Both the position numbers and the translations under genes were made by a program. Under the pieces are notes generated by a model. It saw only the letters and a list, made by a program, of their open reading frames with translations. It made no database searches and had not been told where the DNA came from. 64,000 nucleotides of DNA from Heptranchias perlo (lineage: Eukaryota), in NCBI RefSeq assembly GCF_035084215.1, contig NC_090340.1, positions 3,906,001 through 3,970,000 of the forward strand, read 5' to 3'. Shown piece after piece: positions 22,101 through 32,789 of this stretch; within the stretch, counting starts at the first letter, position 1; each line of letters begins with the position of its first letter.

Positions 22101-24395
22101 TCGTAAAAGATCGAGTAAGTATGCACATCATGGTTACGCAAATAACAATGAAATAAATGATTAGTTAATCTGTGTTGTTGGTGTTGGCTAAAGTATCATT
22201 TCTGGGCTAGGACATCAGGAGAACTCGCCTGCTGTTTTTAAAATCTTGTGCTCGTATCTTTTAAGTGCACTTATAGGAAGCCTTGGTTTTTCGTCTCATC
22301 TGACAATGGGACAATGCAACACTCCCCGAGTACTGCACGTGAACGTCAACTGACATTATAGGATTAGCTTCTGCAGTGGTGGTTTAATGCACGACCTTCT
22401 GATAAGAGTGCTATAGCGGAGTAAAGAACGTTGGGCTGGAATTGATGTAATTTCCGTGGAAGATGCACATAAAGGCCGTTTACGCCATTTCTCACAGGTT
22501 TCTGTCGAAGTTACAGTTGACGGCTTAAATTGCCTCTGTACTTGATGCCTAGAGACATGCGTAACCTGGTTGCAAACCAATTACGTATTTAAAAATCGCA
22601 GAATTTTGGGCAAAAGTGAGTTATGTGCCTGACAACAATACGCCGACATCTCCTCGATCTTTTACGACTGTCTATCAATACCTCCAACTGAACAAATCTC
22701 CGACCATAAATATGGCCCCAGTCCCAATTTACAGGGACTAATACGCAAGTTTCCTGCAGTTGCACTTGCCCAGGGGCTCTCTTAAAATTACTACCTGTTG
22801 TTGAGGCGCAGTAGGAAACAACGTGATTTTCCGGTGTTCTATTGTAATTTACCGAGCGTTTTATTTCATGTATGATTACTGCGACCGGCACTCCGTTAGA
22901 TGTTTCTTTTCATGGATTTTATAGCACAAAGAGAAGTCACCTTACAACTTGAAAAGTTTCCCCGATTGTGCGTGCCTAAACATAGTGCTTAACGTTCATC
23001 AATAAAGGATGATTTTGCATTGTATAGCGCCTTTCAGAATCGCAGGACATTCCGAATCGCTTTACACACAATGACGTACTTATGATGGATGAATGAGTTG
23101 AAACCTTACTTTTTTTTACTTATTTATTTTGCTGCATAGAAACAGTATTTATGTTATACAAATAATTAATTTGCTATGAAACGCTTCGGGACATCCAGAC
23201 ATCCACAGTATCTGGACGCCTCTATGTAAATGCATTTTCTTCTTCCTCCGCCGCCCCACACTTGTCTGCGCTGAGGATTAATTTGCACAGCTGCCAATCG
23301 AAACGATCACGTTTCCCTTGTTTTGGATGCATCGGTATTTAACTTATTATCTATGTCAGAATGTATTTACTTGTTTCTTTACTCTCGTTTATTTATTAAT
23401 GTTTTAATTGAACTTTCATACGGGAGCGACAACATGTTTTTGTCCAGTTGTTGCACCCAACAACCTAAACTAAGGACGAAACTATTGAATTATGTGCCTC
23501 AATTTATTTATTTATATTTTTCATCCCGAACAAGGCAAAAATAATTCAACTTGTTTTATTAATATTTATAATGTAATTTCACACCAAATTGCAACTTGAA
23601 TGATTGAGTATAAAACAAATTACATTCTGAATTTATTACACTATTGTAATGAAGGAGGATGTGATTTATCTGAATAACAAAAATCGATTAATTCGCAGTG
23701 ACGCGTAAAACTCTTGTTCCTGGAAATTTAATAGTTGCCAAAATTCGCGGCTAACTTTCACAATATTAAAAATTGAAATTATTTAGTTTCTCAGTTGTTT
23801 ACCATTTTCTAAACCAGCGGCTCGGGGTTATTGATGCCTGGCGAGCGTTGGACCGCAGAAAGAAATAGTAAACTTCATTAACATCCACAGAACTAATAAT
23901 AAGGTCAATGCGACTATGCTGTCTGAATTGTCTATTAGATGCAAAGGCTTCATGAATCTTGAAACTCCAGAAAAAGCACCTCAATGAATGCTAAACATTG
24001 ACTTTCCAGAAAGAACGAGGGTCCACTGAGGAGAAGCTGACGTACGCTGCTCTGGATCTGATCGGCTCCAAGAAAACGTTCAATTCGAAGCAACATGAAG
24101 AGCGTACAGTGTATGCAAAGGTACAGTTGAGTTCACACAGGGAAATAATAATCATGCAAAAGAGTATACGTTTGCTTTTGAGATGATACTGAGAATTAAT
24201 TTGACTTCATTTTCATTTTTTTTTTGGAAGAAAATGACAACATTATTCTTAATTTTTGTTTTACACACCAAACAGGTCGCCGCTGATAGTCAATTGACTT
24301 ACGCTACTTTGAATTTGACTGGTTCCAAGAAAACGTCGAAACGTAAACAGAAAGAAACAAACCTAATATACGCAGCAGCGAAGACCAGCATCTAA
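10067..24395 (+). CDS. Gene 1: IgSF receptor, leader-V(J)-C1-TM-cytoplasmic ITIM/ITSM (SIRP/NKp30-like), 358 aa; exons 10067-10121, 10466-10777, 11643-11948, 13397-13525, 14055-14098, 24010-24120, 24276-24395
   Basis: Seven exons with AG acceptors and GT donors (one GC), intron phases 1,1,1,1,0,0, joining into a 1077-nt stop-free ORF with recognisable domains. Confidence 0.85.
10466..10777 (+). CDS. Gene 1 exon 2, VJ-type Ig V domain
   Basis: ITLKC, VHWWR, LHLLNVTVSDNGTYRC and J-like VGKGTRVEV; ttgatag| acceptor and G|GTAAGT donor. Confidence 0.92.
10976..11449 (+). repeat. Intronic direct repeat copy A (about 470 bp)
   Basis: Clearly similar to 12570-13037, e.g. shared CAAGGCTG.GAACTAAAATGCTTCTTTC and GGTTTAAACTGGATCCTTT. 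Confidence 0.9.
11643..11948 (+). CDS. Gene 1 exon 3, C1-set Ig domain
   Basis: LRLQCRTTPFYPKDFNLIWQKNG...GLYEVISTL...YTCQVYH; phase 1/1 splice sites. Confidence 0.92.
12570..13037 (+). repeat. Intronic direct repeat copy B
   Basis: Paralogous to 10976-11449; the two copies flank the C1 exon. Confidence 0.9.
13397..13525 (+). CDS. Gene 1 exon 4, stalk plus transmembrane (FSVALIAKCAGIAVVILLLTVMIV)
   Basis: tttgtttag| acceptor, AAG|GTATGA donor, hydrophobic helix, homologous to the TM exon at 50735-50848. Confidence 0.85.
14055..14098 (+). CDS. Gene 1 exon 5, short cytoplasmic exon GTTRNPVNSARHEDR
   Basis: Pyrimidine-rich acceptor ttttatttcccgccag|, donor CGG|GTAACG; its 44 nt supply exactly the phase 1 to phase 0 change the model needs. 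Confidence 0.7.
14408..17150 (-). pseudogene. CR1 ORF2 (APE endonuclease plus RT), defective
   Basis: 854-aa open stretch with GDFN, SDH, NYRPVSLTS and GVPQGSVLGP. FADD is missing, and the N-terminus (CIYFNARS) is in another frame and lacks AITET. Confidence 0.93.
17297..18244 (-). CDS. CR1 ORF1: CxxC/CxxC zinc finger, coiled coil, SGNH esterase domain
   Basis: CSSC...CGKC, VIGDSIVR, CLPGA, HIGTND, DGLHL; 315 aa uninterrupted. Confidence 0.9.
   Translation of the reverse strand: MAGDPSAVSCSSCGMWEFRAPSCIPDSFTCGKCVQLQLLFDRLTALELRMDSLWSIRDAEKVVDSTFSELVTPQIKITEGDCEWVTNRQRKSRKAVQGSPAVISLQNRYTVLDTVGGDGSPGEGGSGQVHGTVAGSAAQEGRKKSGRAIVIGDSIVRGIDRRFCGRNRDARMVCCLPGARVKDVSERLQDILEGEGEQPVVVVHIGTNDIGKKQDEVLQAEFRELGVKLTSRTSKVVISGLLPVPRVSQSRNDRIAKMNTWLERWCKLEGFKFLGHWNRFWGRWDQYKLDGLHLGRTGTNVLGGVFASAVGEGLN
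18562..19050 (-). repeat. 68-bp tandem monomer array in CR1 5' UTR (about 7 copies, one 58 bp)
   Basis: AATCCCGCC recurs at 18601, 18669, 18737, 18805, 18873, 18931 and 18999; units are nearly identical. Confidence 0.95.
19470..19860 (-). mobile_element. tRNA-headed SINE sharing its 3' tail with family B LINE
   Basis: Family B tail (ATTTATTGCCCAT...GAGAAGGTGGTGG) joined to a non-coding body and a degenerate head resembling 47656-47748. Confidence 0.6.
20221..21352 (-). mobile_element. 5'-truncated CR1 LINE
   Basis: ORFs 20581-20814 and 20979-21236; GAATCATAGA tail. Confidence 0.9.
21646..22115 (+). repeat. Left arm of 470-bp inverted repeat
   Basis: Reverse complement of 22653-23122; I find only two mismatches by eye. 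Confidence 0.95.
22165..22430 (-). mobile_element. Old Deu-domain SINE (SacSINE/AmnSINE-like)
   Basis: GGACATCAGGAGAACTCGCCTGCT...CGTCTCATCTGA...ACTCCCCGAGTACTGCAC resembles the reverse-strand Deu core (from recall). Confidence 0.5.
22653..23122 (-). repeat. Right arm of 470-bp inverted repeat
   Basis: ORFs 21877+ and 22589- share their first 80 aa. Confidence 0.95.
24010..24120 (+). CDS. Gene 1 exon 6, cytoplasmic (ITIM LTYAAL; ITSM TVYAK|V)
   Basis: actttccag| acceptor, AAG|GTACAG donor, phase 0/0. Confidence 0.8.
24276..24395 (+). CDS. Gene 1 exon 7, terminal cytoplasmic (ITIM LTYATL; LIYAAA)
   Basis: T-rich tract then aaacag|; paralogous to exon 6; TAA at 24393-24395. Confidence 0.78.
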   Translation, partial: VAADSQLTYATLNLTGSKKTSKRKQKETNLIYAAAKTSI

Positions 24396-24449
24396 TTGAG
24401 GCAAACACGGATACGTTGCAAAGATTCGAGGGATGTTTCAGTCACACGT

Positions 24450-24700
24450 TTACGTTGCTTGTGCATTTTATCCAGCTACTGGCCTATCTGCAGCCTTCCC
24501 TTCTTTCCAAAGTCCTGGAACGCATTGTTGCCTCCCACCATTCTTTATTGCACACTCTCCATTCCGACTTCTAACTCACGCACTGTGTCTCTCAAAATCA
24601 CAACTGGCTTCTTTGTAAATGTCAATACTGTCCAATCCCTTTTGCCCTCTCCATCAAGGATACCCTGAGCCATTCCATTAATCTCCTATATTTCTGTCTA
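24450..24700 (+). mobile_element. Old L2 LINE fragment
   Basis: SSYWPICSLPFF...KVLERIV resembles the L2 NYRPISNLPFLSKVLE motif. Confidence 0.55.
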
Positions 24701-27164
24701 CAGTCCGATTCCATGATATACTTTCTCGTGAATCCGCTTGTAACGTGAAACAAGGGCATCAATTTATATCCATTTAAATATTACCCTATCTGCAGTTTAT
24801 GCGTTTTTTCAATTTGGGATGCCGCTTACAGCACCAACTGTTCACGAGTTATTTGCTTGTTTAATGTCTTTAAGTTCTTAATCTTTCATTCGATTTCCTA
24901 ACAGATGAATTATCATTTCATTCTATTATCATTCCACCTATAGTTCGTCTCGATTTATTTTCCCCTCACACCCATTTCCCTTTTCACAGGTCTTATTAAT
25001 ATGTTTCATTTTTCATTTTTGTATTCAGAAGAGGAACCAAGTCCCATACGTTAACGTGTCTTGTATGCACAGTCGCTGGCTGGTTCGTGTGTTTCCTGTT
25101 TTTATTGTGTGACTTTTGTACAGAATTAGAAGGATTTTTTACAATTATTTTTTTTATTAGCGCACTCCCAGTGCAAACCAGCCCCCTGCCCACACAACCA
25201 ACTCGAGTTTAGCCCAGTGTTCCATCCATAATCCCCTACCACTTAATCATTGATATGCGATCTCATTGCAATATGATTCAGCGGGACAGAATCAGGTTTG
25301 AGATGCACACTCGATACCCAGTTTACTTTTCGAATGAGTATATTGTTCTAAAGGCTGTTGTTCCCATCTCCCAAATTCAGGCCCTGATGATTCAACAATT
25401 TATTCAATTAATGTCAACAAAACATTAGTTGCTCTTGCATTGCGTGTGTCCCCCAACATCCGCGGTTTCAGCATTAGTATCAGTCATCATCTAGAAAGCC
25501 TCAGTTTACAGGTTTAATGAGATCTAAGATAAGCACCGCACTCACATCGAATTTGCTATCACGACCACTTATGTGCATCCTCTCAACATCTTCCTCCTCC
25601 ATTCACCACCCTCTCTCTGAACTCTCGCAAGAGTGCCCTACTCTACTGGTGCATTTCACACACCCAGCCCTACCTTGACGCACGCCTAACTCATATCGCA
25701 GCTCAGTTTTGCTCACCCTCTCCACTGCTATTTGTGCCGCCACTCTCCATCAATCTCAACATGTTCAGAACATTGGAATTCGTTTTCGCACTTACAGAAT
25801 GTTCGTATACCCGAATTTCCATAATTTCCAAGCTGCAGTGGTTCTCTGGGCCCAAAACCCTCGTCCACTTCTATAAATCGTTAACTGGTCTCGCCTGACT
25901 CTACTTTGGCGATATTCTCGAAACATAAATTCCACATGCAACCGCGGCCCCTCTGAAATCATGTTATTCCTTCTTATCTCCTCCTCTGATCCACCACTGG
26001 AGATTGCAATTTTAGCCACTGCATGTCTTCTCTTTGGAATTCACTTCCTGCATCTAACTGGCTCATTGTTTCCCTCCCTGCAAAAAATCTCCGAAAACCG
26101 TTTCATTTCCCCGTACCATTGCCCTCCTCAAACTTCTCTAGTTTATTTTTTCATCCGGCCAAGCCAACATTTCATTACTTGCGTTACATAAAACGTTCTG
26201 GACGTGCTTTACACATGGAAGTTGTTTCTTCGTTTCGCTGCCAGCATACTCGAATAATTTACGGCTAACATTTATTTTTTGACTTATGATGAATAACAGT
26301 TTCAGACATCACACGTTTTAACGTTTCACAGCTTCAGCAAATCTTTTCTCTGATGTTACTTATTTGATCGGTGAGAACTGTGCTACAAAAATGTAAGAAA
26401 TGCATTTCCCGTGAATATTCTGAATAACAGAAATGGGAAGTTATTCTTGGGGGAAGTGGTGACGAAATTTTGGGGTCTGAAGTAATTCTTTTTCATTCAT
26501 GCTCAAATATGTGTAAGCAATATCTTAATGTCTTATATGCAAATAGTGATTGATACTTTGCCGAGCTACTGTCTGATTAATATGGTTTCCAATTAAAATT
26601 TAATTGACGTGACGAAATCACGGGTATTGTTTATTCAAACGCAGTTCAATTGGTCCGCCCACTATTGTTCCGGAAAACACACCAATCTAATCAATAAAAG
26701 TCAATATTTGACTTCTATTTGAAGTTATGTTTGGACATGTATGGCAGTAAAACAAACGCAAAGAATTGAGGTGAAGGAAAATGCCCTTTTTTGAATACAT
26801 TCAAGTTCATTTTTAACATTCAGAATGGACGAAATCCGGATATATATATATATATATATATGTGTACTAACGACCAAACCAAATGGAATGCCTCCATCTT
26901 TCTCCGGACCTTCGTTGATCCACGTTGTGGCTTGAATTTGCAAAGCACTGCTGTACGCATACAGCACGCCTGCGACCCTTCCGCTGACCGCTGACAGCTA
27001 ATCAGCAAAGATAACGGCGCTCTTCTGCATTAGAATAACCGGTTTTAGAGCAAAAGTAATTGGAGCAAAGACATAGCGGCTACGACAGGAGTTAACGAGC
27101 CGTCGCAGCTTGAAGAGAAATTTTCAGTAACTGTGGCATTGACCAAGATCAGAGAGGTCATGGC

Positions 27165-27335
27165 AACAGAAAGCGATTTTGTAATTTCGGTGAAGCAAAT
27201 ATGGTATATTACTAGAAGATGTGGCATCAGGAAGGATAAGGCTGTTTTCACAAAAGGAAATAAAATAATTCGGGCCATAGCGCGGGTAGATTGGAGGCAG
27301 ATGGCTGCAACTCTTAGTGCTACCTCCACATCGTC
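27165..27335 (+). pseudogene. Decayed Myb/SANT-like (PIF/Harbinger-type) DNA-binding domain
   Basis: Across frameshifts: RKRFCNFGEANM / ILLEDVASGRIRLFS / GNKIIRAIARVDWRQMAATLSA, resembling NAIF1/MSANTD N-termini. Confidence 0.45.
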
Positions 27336-27443
27336 TCTGGGTCATCAGGGAACAAGTAATTGTGTCCAGAATGAGCAATGCAAGTGCCATACTAACCACA
27401 ATGAAAATGTACATATACATCAAAGCTTATATTTATCAATGTG

Positions 27444-27478
<35 letters not shown>

Positions 27479-28859
27479 TAATTCGAGCACTTTTCCATTC
27501 CAGACGACACCAGCACTGTGAACCTTTATTTTTTTCTCCCCCAGCAGCTTTCTTTCCTGCTGCAATATTTCCTTTATACATTGTGCACCTTCATTTTTCT
27601 GATAAGCCTCCTGTGTGATTTATTATAGAATATGCTCTGTGAATTGACAAACAATAAGGGGTAAGGGTTTCTCCTTTGTGTGATTGGCGCATGCTTCTGA
27701 TGGATGCATATTGCGACCCACAAAAAGTACCACGTACTGACCAGGCAGGTGGCAATCAATTGGGAATAATAGACAACTCACTGCCACGTGGTGCAAGACC
27801 GCTCCCCCCCCCCCGCCCCCGACCCCGCCGTCCCTGTAGAATATTAGTAGAATGGTTGATATAGTCTCATAACTTATGAAAGCGCGTGTACGGTCTGATA
27901 TCAAGAGTTAAGTATTGGTCCTGTGCAGGTTATTCTCTTGCAGCATGTCTTTTGCGTTGGATCAAGCTGTTAAATGGTTTTATTTCAGAAGAAATAAGTA
28001 CAATCAATATTTTAATCAATTATATGTCTGAGTGCTACGGCTCAAGTACAGAAAGACAATCATTTTTTCATGAAATACCTTTGTTTGGGAGACAAGACAC
28101 GAGTAGGGACAACATCGAATAGCACCAAGCGAATTGCGACCTGTCGCTATGTACTGAACGACCAGCACTGATTCAACATTAATTAATAAAGGAATCATCA
28201 GGCCCAGTTTCCCAACCAGATATTAATCTACACTTATAAGAAATTTTGAAAATTCCCAAAGTGCTTCTCATATTTATAATCTTGGTAATGAAATCCCATC
28301 ACTAACATTCACAGATAAAACCCGCAATACGAATTGCATGTCGCAAACAGTAGCCTGCTTACTCATCCTTGCATTAAGGAGTAGGGTTCCAGCTACGGAG
28401 CCATGCAACTAAATTATGTTAAATGCATACCATTCTGCATCACTTTTAAATCAGCTTCTAAGTTATTCTGTATTTTTCTGAATATGGTGAAATAATTATT
28501 CACCGTTCGATTACGGGAATCATTGTCATACATATGCTAAACTTTCATTAACTGATTCAAAATCAGATTAATTTTTCATCAAACTCATTTCACAGTAATT
28601 CAAATATGAAAAAGAGCTACAAATAGGTTACATTTTGCGAAGGTTTCCGTATCGTTTATGAAACATAATGTGAGTGAAAGAATCCAGTTTTCCGACAGAT
28701 ATTGCCAAGCAACCTGAAGCATCCGCCAGTTTTCACTGAATTATATTGAAATTAATTACCTTTGAAATATTTTAAACAACTATTAAAGGTCATTGTATTG
28801 ATGCCAGTATCGAACAACCCGAAACAAAATGACTGTCCAGGGCCACTGGAGATTGGGGT

Positions 28860-29640
28860 TCACAAAAGTAAATCTAAATGGTTTTATAGTGGAAGTGTGA
28901 CGTAATTCATTTTGGCCCTAAGATATATAGATCAGAGTATTTTCTACATGGTGAGAAGCTAACAACTGTGGAGGAGCGAAGAGATCTGGTGGTCCATGTA
29001 CAGAAATCACTAATATTAGTGGACTGGTACAAAAACATAATCAAAGAGAATAATATAATGGTAGGCTTTATCTCAAGTCGGCTCCAGTACAAAGGTGTGG
29101 AAGTTATGCTTAGAGGTGTAAATAGTTCTGGTTACACTGCATCTGGAGTATTGCTTTCAATTCTGGGCACCGTACCTCATGAAGCATAGAACGGATGCAG
29201 ATTCACCAGAATGATACTGGGTTAAATTCTGAGGACAATTTGCACAGCTCAGGCTTGTATAGTAAATTGCGTAGAGAAGATTAACGAGTGATCGAATTGA
29301 GGAAGTTAAGATGATTTAGAGGAACTATTTCTATAGTGGGGGAATCCAGGTCAAGCGGGCTTAACCCTGAAATTAGCGCTCGGCCGTTCAGGAGTGTTGT
29401 CAGGAAGCGTTTCTTCACACAAATAGTACTGGGAATCTGGAACCGTCTCGCCAAAATGCTGTTGAGGTCAGATCAATTGAAAATTCCAAAACTGCGATTA
29501 ATAGATTTTTATAAGGTAAGGGTATTAAGTTATATGGAAGCAAAGCGGGTAAGTGGAGTAAAAACACTGATCTCCATGATTTAACTGAATCTCGGAAGAG
29601 GCTGGAAGGGCTGAATCGCCTATTCATGTTCATTTGTTCC
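28860..29640 (+). mobile_element. Decayed CR1 3' fragment
   Basis: ORFs 28968-29189 and 29336-29584 are CR1 ORF2 C-terminal pieces. Confidence 0.8.
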
Positions 29641-29799
29641 TCTGTTAAAATAATACTTGCAGCAACATTTAAAAATATTCTAAGCTGTTTGTTTAGTTAT
29701 TTTTTGCCATTTGCTGTTACAACGTATTTTAAGATGAGACTTTATACTAAGGGTTCGTGCATTGCCATTTGTGGTAGCTTGAAGAATTAGGGAATTCAA

Positions 29800-30455
29800 G
29801 AATCAGTGTCGTAGGCCCAACCATCTTCAGCTGCTTCATCAATGACCTTCCCTCCATCATAAGGTCAGAATTGGGGATGTTCGCTGATGACTACACAGTG
29901 TTCAGTTCCATTTGCAACCCCTCAAATAATGAAGCAGTCCGAGCCCGCATGCAGCAAGACCTGGACAACATCCAGGCTTGGGCTCATAAGTGGCAAGTAA
30001 CATTCGCGCCAGGTAAGTGCGAGGCAATGACCATCTCCAACAAGAGAGAGTCTAACCACCTCCAATTGACATTCAACGGCATTACCCTCGCCGAATCCCC
30101 CACCATCAACATCCTGGGGGTCACCATTGACCAGAAACTTAAATGGACCAGCCATATAAATACTATGGCGACGATAGCAGGTCAGAGGCTGGGTATTCTG
30201 CGGCAAGTGACTCACCTCCTGTCTCCCCAAAGCCTTTCCACCATCTACAAGGCACAAGTCAGGAGTGTGGTGGAATACTCTCCACTTGCTTGGATGAGTG
30301 CAGCTCCAACAACACTCAAGAAGCTCGACACCATCCAAGATAAAGCAGCCCGCTTGATTGGCACCCCATCCACCACCCTAAACATTCATTCCCTTCACCA
30401 CCGGCGCACTGTGGCTGCAGTGTGTACCATCCACAGGATGCACTGCAGCAACTCG
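29800..30455 (+). mobile_element. Family B LINE fragment cut off by a Penelope-like element
   Basis: GMFADDYTVF...HRMHCSNS, then an abrupt switch to GIY-YIG sequence. Confidence 0.9.
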
Positions 30456-31165
30456 CACCCACCCACCAGGTGCATGGTTCATACTCCTGTGACTCGGCCA
30501 ACGTTGTCTACCTCATACGTTGCAGGAAAGGATGCCCCAGAGCATGGTACATTGGCGAGACCATGCAGACGCTGCGACAACGGATGAACGGACACCGCGC
30601 AACAATCACCAAACAGGAGGGTTCCCTCCCAGTCGGGGAACACTTCAGCAGTCAAGGACATTCAGCCACCAACCTTCGGGTAAGCGTACTCCAAGGCGGC
30701 CTTCGAGACACACGACAACGCAAAATCGTCGAGCAGAAATTGATAGCCAAGTTCCGCACCCGTGAGGACGGCCTCAACCGGGATCTTGGGTTCATGTCAC
30801 GCTACACGTTACCCCACCAGTGAACAAATGTTATCTGTTTTTAATATAACGGGTCAGTTGCTGTCTTTTCGATGTTTCTACCTCTCTATCTCTGGTTTTT
30901 TTTGTGTTTTTTTTGGTGATTTGTATATTCAGAGACCTTGCAGGTAACACCTGTCTGTCGGCACAATGATTGCCTTGGCAACGGTCAGTTGAAAAAGCTT
31001 TCTATAATCATCATGCATTGTTCTGTGATTTATAAATGCGATTTCATTTCGAGGATTTCATTTCCAACAACGTTCACCTGAGGAAGGAGGAAGCCTCCGA
31101 AAGCTTGTGAATTTAAAATAAAATTGCTGGACTATAACTTGGTGTTGTAAAATTGTTTACAATTA
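30456..31165 (+). mobile_element. Penelope-like element 3' part: GIY-YIG endonuclease plus pLTR
   Basis: SCDSANVVYLIRC...YIGET...LRQRMNGH...VGEHF...EQKLI...GLN to TGA at 30823; then pLTR with a hammerhead motif and AATAAA, similar to 53290-53380. Confidence 0.92.
31072..31112 (+). ncRNA. Minimal type I hammerhead ribozyme motif
   Basis: GTTCAC-CTGAGGA-A-GGAGG(AAG)CCTCC-GAAA-GC-TT-GTGAAT. Confidence 0.75.
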
Positions 31166-31309
31166 AAGTTCACGCATGTTCTCTGGAGGGAAGCCAGGCA
31201 CCTGAATTTGCTCCAGAGGCAGCTTCCAATCATCTGCCAATATTTTGCCATCCACATTTTCAGGCAATGTCCACATATCTGGGAATGGAAAGGCAAAGCG
31301 AGGTGGACA

Positions 31310-31680
31310 ACAACAACAACAACAAATTGCAATGACAGTACATTTAACGTAGAAAAAAAGGTTCGAAGACGTTTCACAGAAATGTAATTAGATACAAATC
31401 GTCACTGAAAAAAAGCGCTATTGGGAGGAGTGACGAAAATCGTGGTCAAAGATATGGGCTTTAAAGTTGGTTTTAAAGGAGTGGAGGAAGGTGGGCAAGC
31501 GGTGAGGTTTGGGATGTCATTTCAGTTTTGGAGGAAGAAGAGTTTTTGGAGGGTTCTGTGGCGAGAGAAGGTTACAGAGATAGTGACGGGCGAGACAGTG
31601 ATGGGATTTGAACACCACGGTTAGAATTTTAAAGTTGAGGTGCTTGGAAACCAAAGACAATGTAGGTCAATGAGTTAAAT
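31310..31680 (-). mobile_element. Old L2-type 3' fragment
   Basis: (AAC)n tail followed by degenerate L2 3' sequence. Confidence 0.4.
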
Positions 31681-32789
31681 AAGTATCACTTCCGTTCCTC
31701 CTATGGAGATGGGCCTCCCGAAAACATCGTCTCGGAGTTGGCGATGGGTTCAGATTCCTTCAGATATCGGTCAGTCTGGCCGAATGTACATTTCAATTCT
31801 TCATTTTGTTCCCCTAACTCTGAAACCTAATACTTTACCACCTGATATTCATTTTCAAGATTGTACCTTCCTACAGTGACTTTAAGTAAAGATTCCGAGC
31901 AGACCACTCCGGCTGAATATTGTTCTACTATCTTATCTTTACGTTCCTGTACATCCTGTTTCTGTCTCTGTTTAACCTTCTGTTTCTGCCCTTTAGCTTG
32001 GATTTTGAGTCCGATATTTTCCTGAATTACAGTGTTTCTGACGGTGCAACTCTCGTATCGCCTAGAATTGACCTTGAATCAAAACAAACTGAACTTTATT
32101 TTTACTTGTATTTCGGTGCCTGAGATAGCCCTCCAGACACTCAGTGACGGCATCGGTCGAATGTTCCGATCCCTGGAGTTGTTTGACTTGCAGGACCGAT
32201 CTATGATGTCGACCGAGATAATCATCGACATATTCAATTATCTTATCAATTTCTCCCAACTTTAATGACTTACGATTGAGCCCCTGACTGCCAGGGTTGG
32301 CCACTCCCAAGTTGACACTCTTATTAATACCTCAGAGAGACCATAGTTAGCATTGTTAATACTTCATTAAGAAATAAAAAAATAATCAGTCATTTTAAGT
32401 AAGCGAGTGATTACATCTGTATACTTATAAGCAGACAACCTGTTTTATGAACCTAATATAAGCTTGACTTCCTGTGTCAGCAGTAAAAGTTTCCCGCATT
32501 CCACTAGAATGCACGAACCATTATACCGCTTCTTAAAAAGAACCTTTATAACATTAAATTAAAAAAATATTATAAACTACTGTTAATCATGTTGATTCCT
32601 TAAAATCTTACTTTGTTAGTTCTTAATTAAGTTTGCATTGTGATTAACTATGAGCTATCACAGCTTCCTTATCTCCGGCTTTCCATGTTACAAACGTTGC
32701 CTTGCAGGATTCTTCAAAGATGTCACCCCTGTGTCAGCAGAAATAAGTTATGTGCCAGTGGCCATCTGTATTAATTGATTTAGGCAAAA

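Noticed and set aside
21877-22891. Duplicated 95/100-aa ORFs as a gene pair
   Set aside because: GTG-start ORFs with no recognisable domain; they are a by-product of the inverted repeat.
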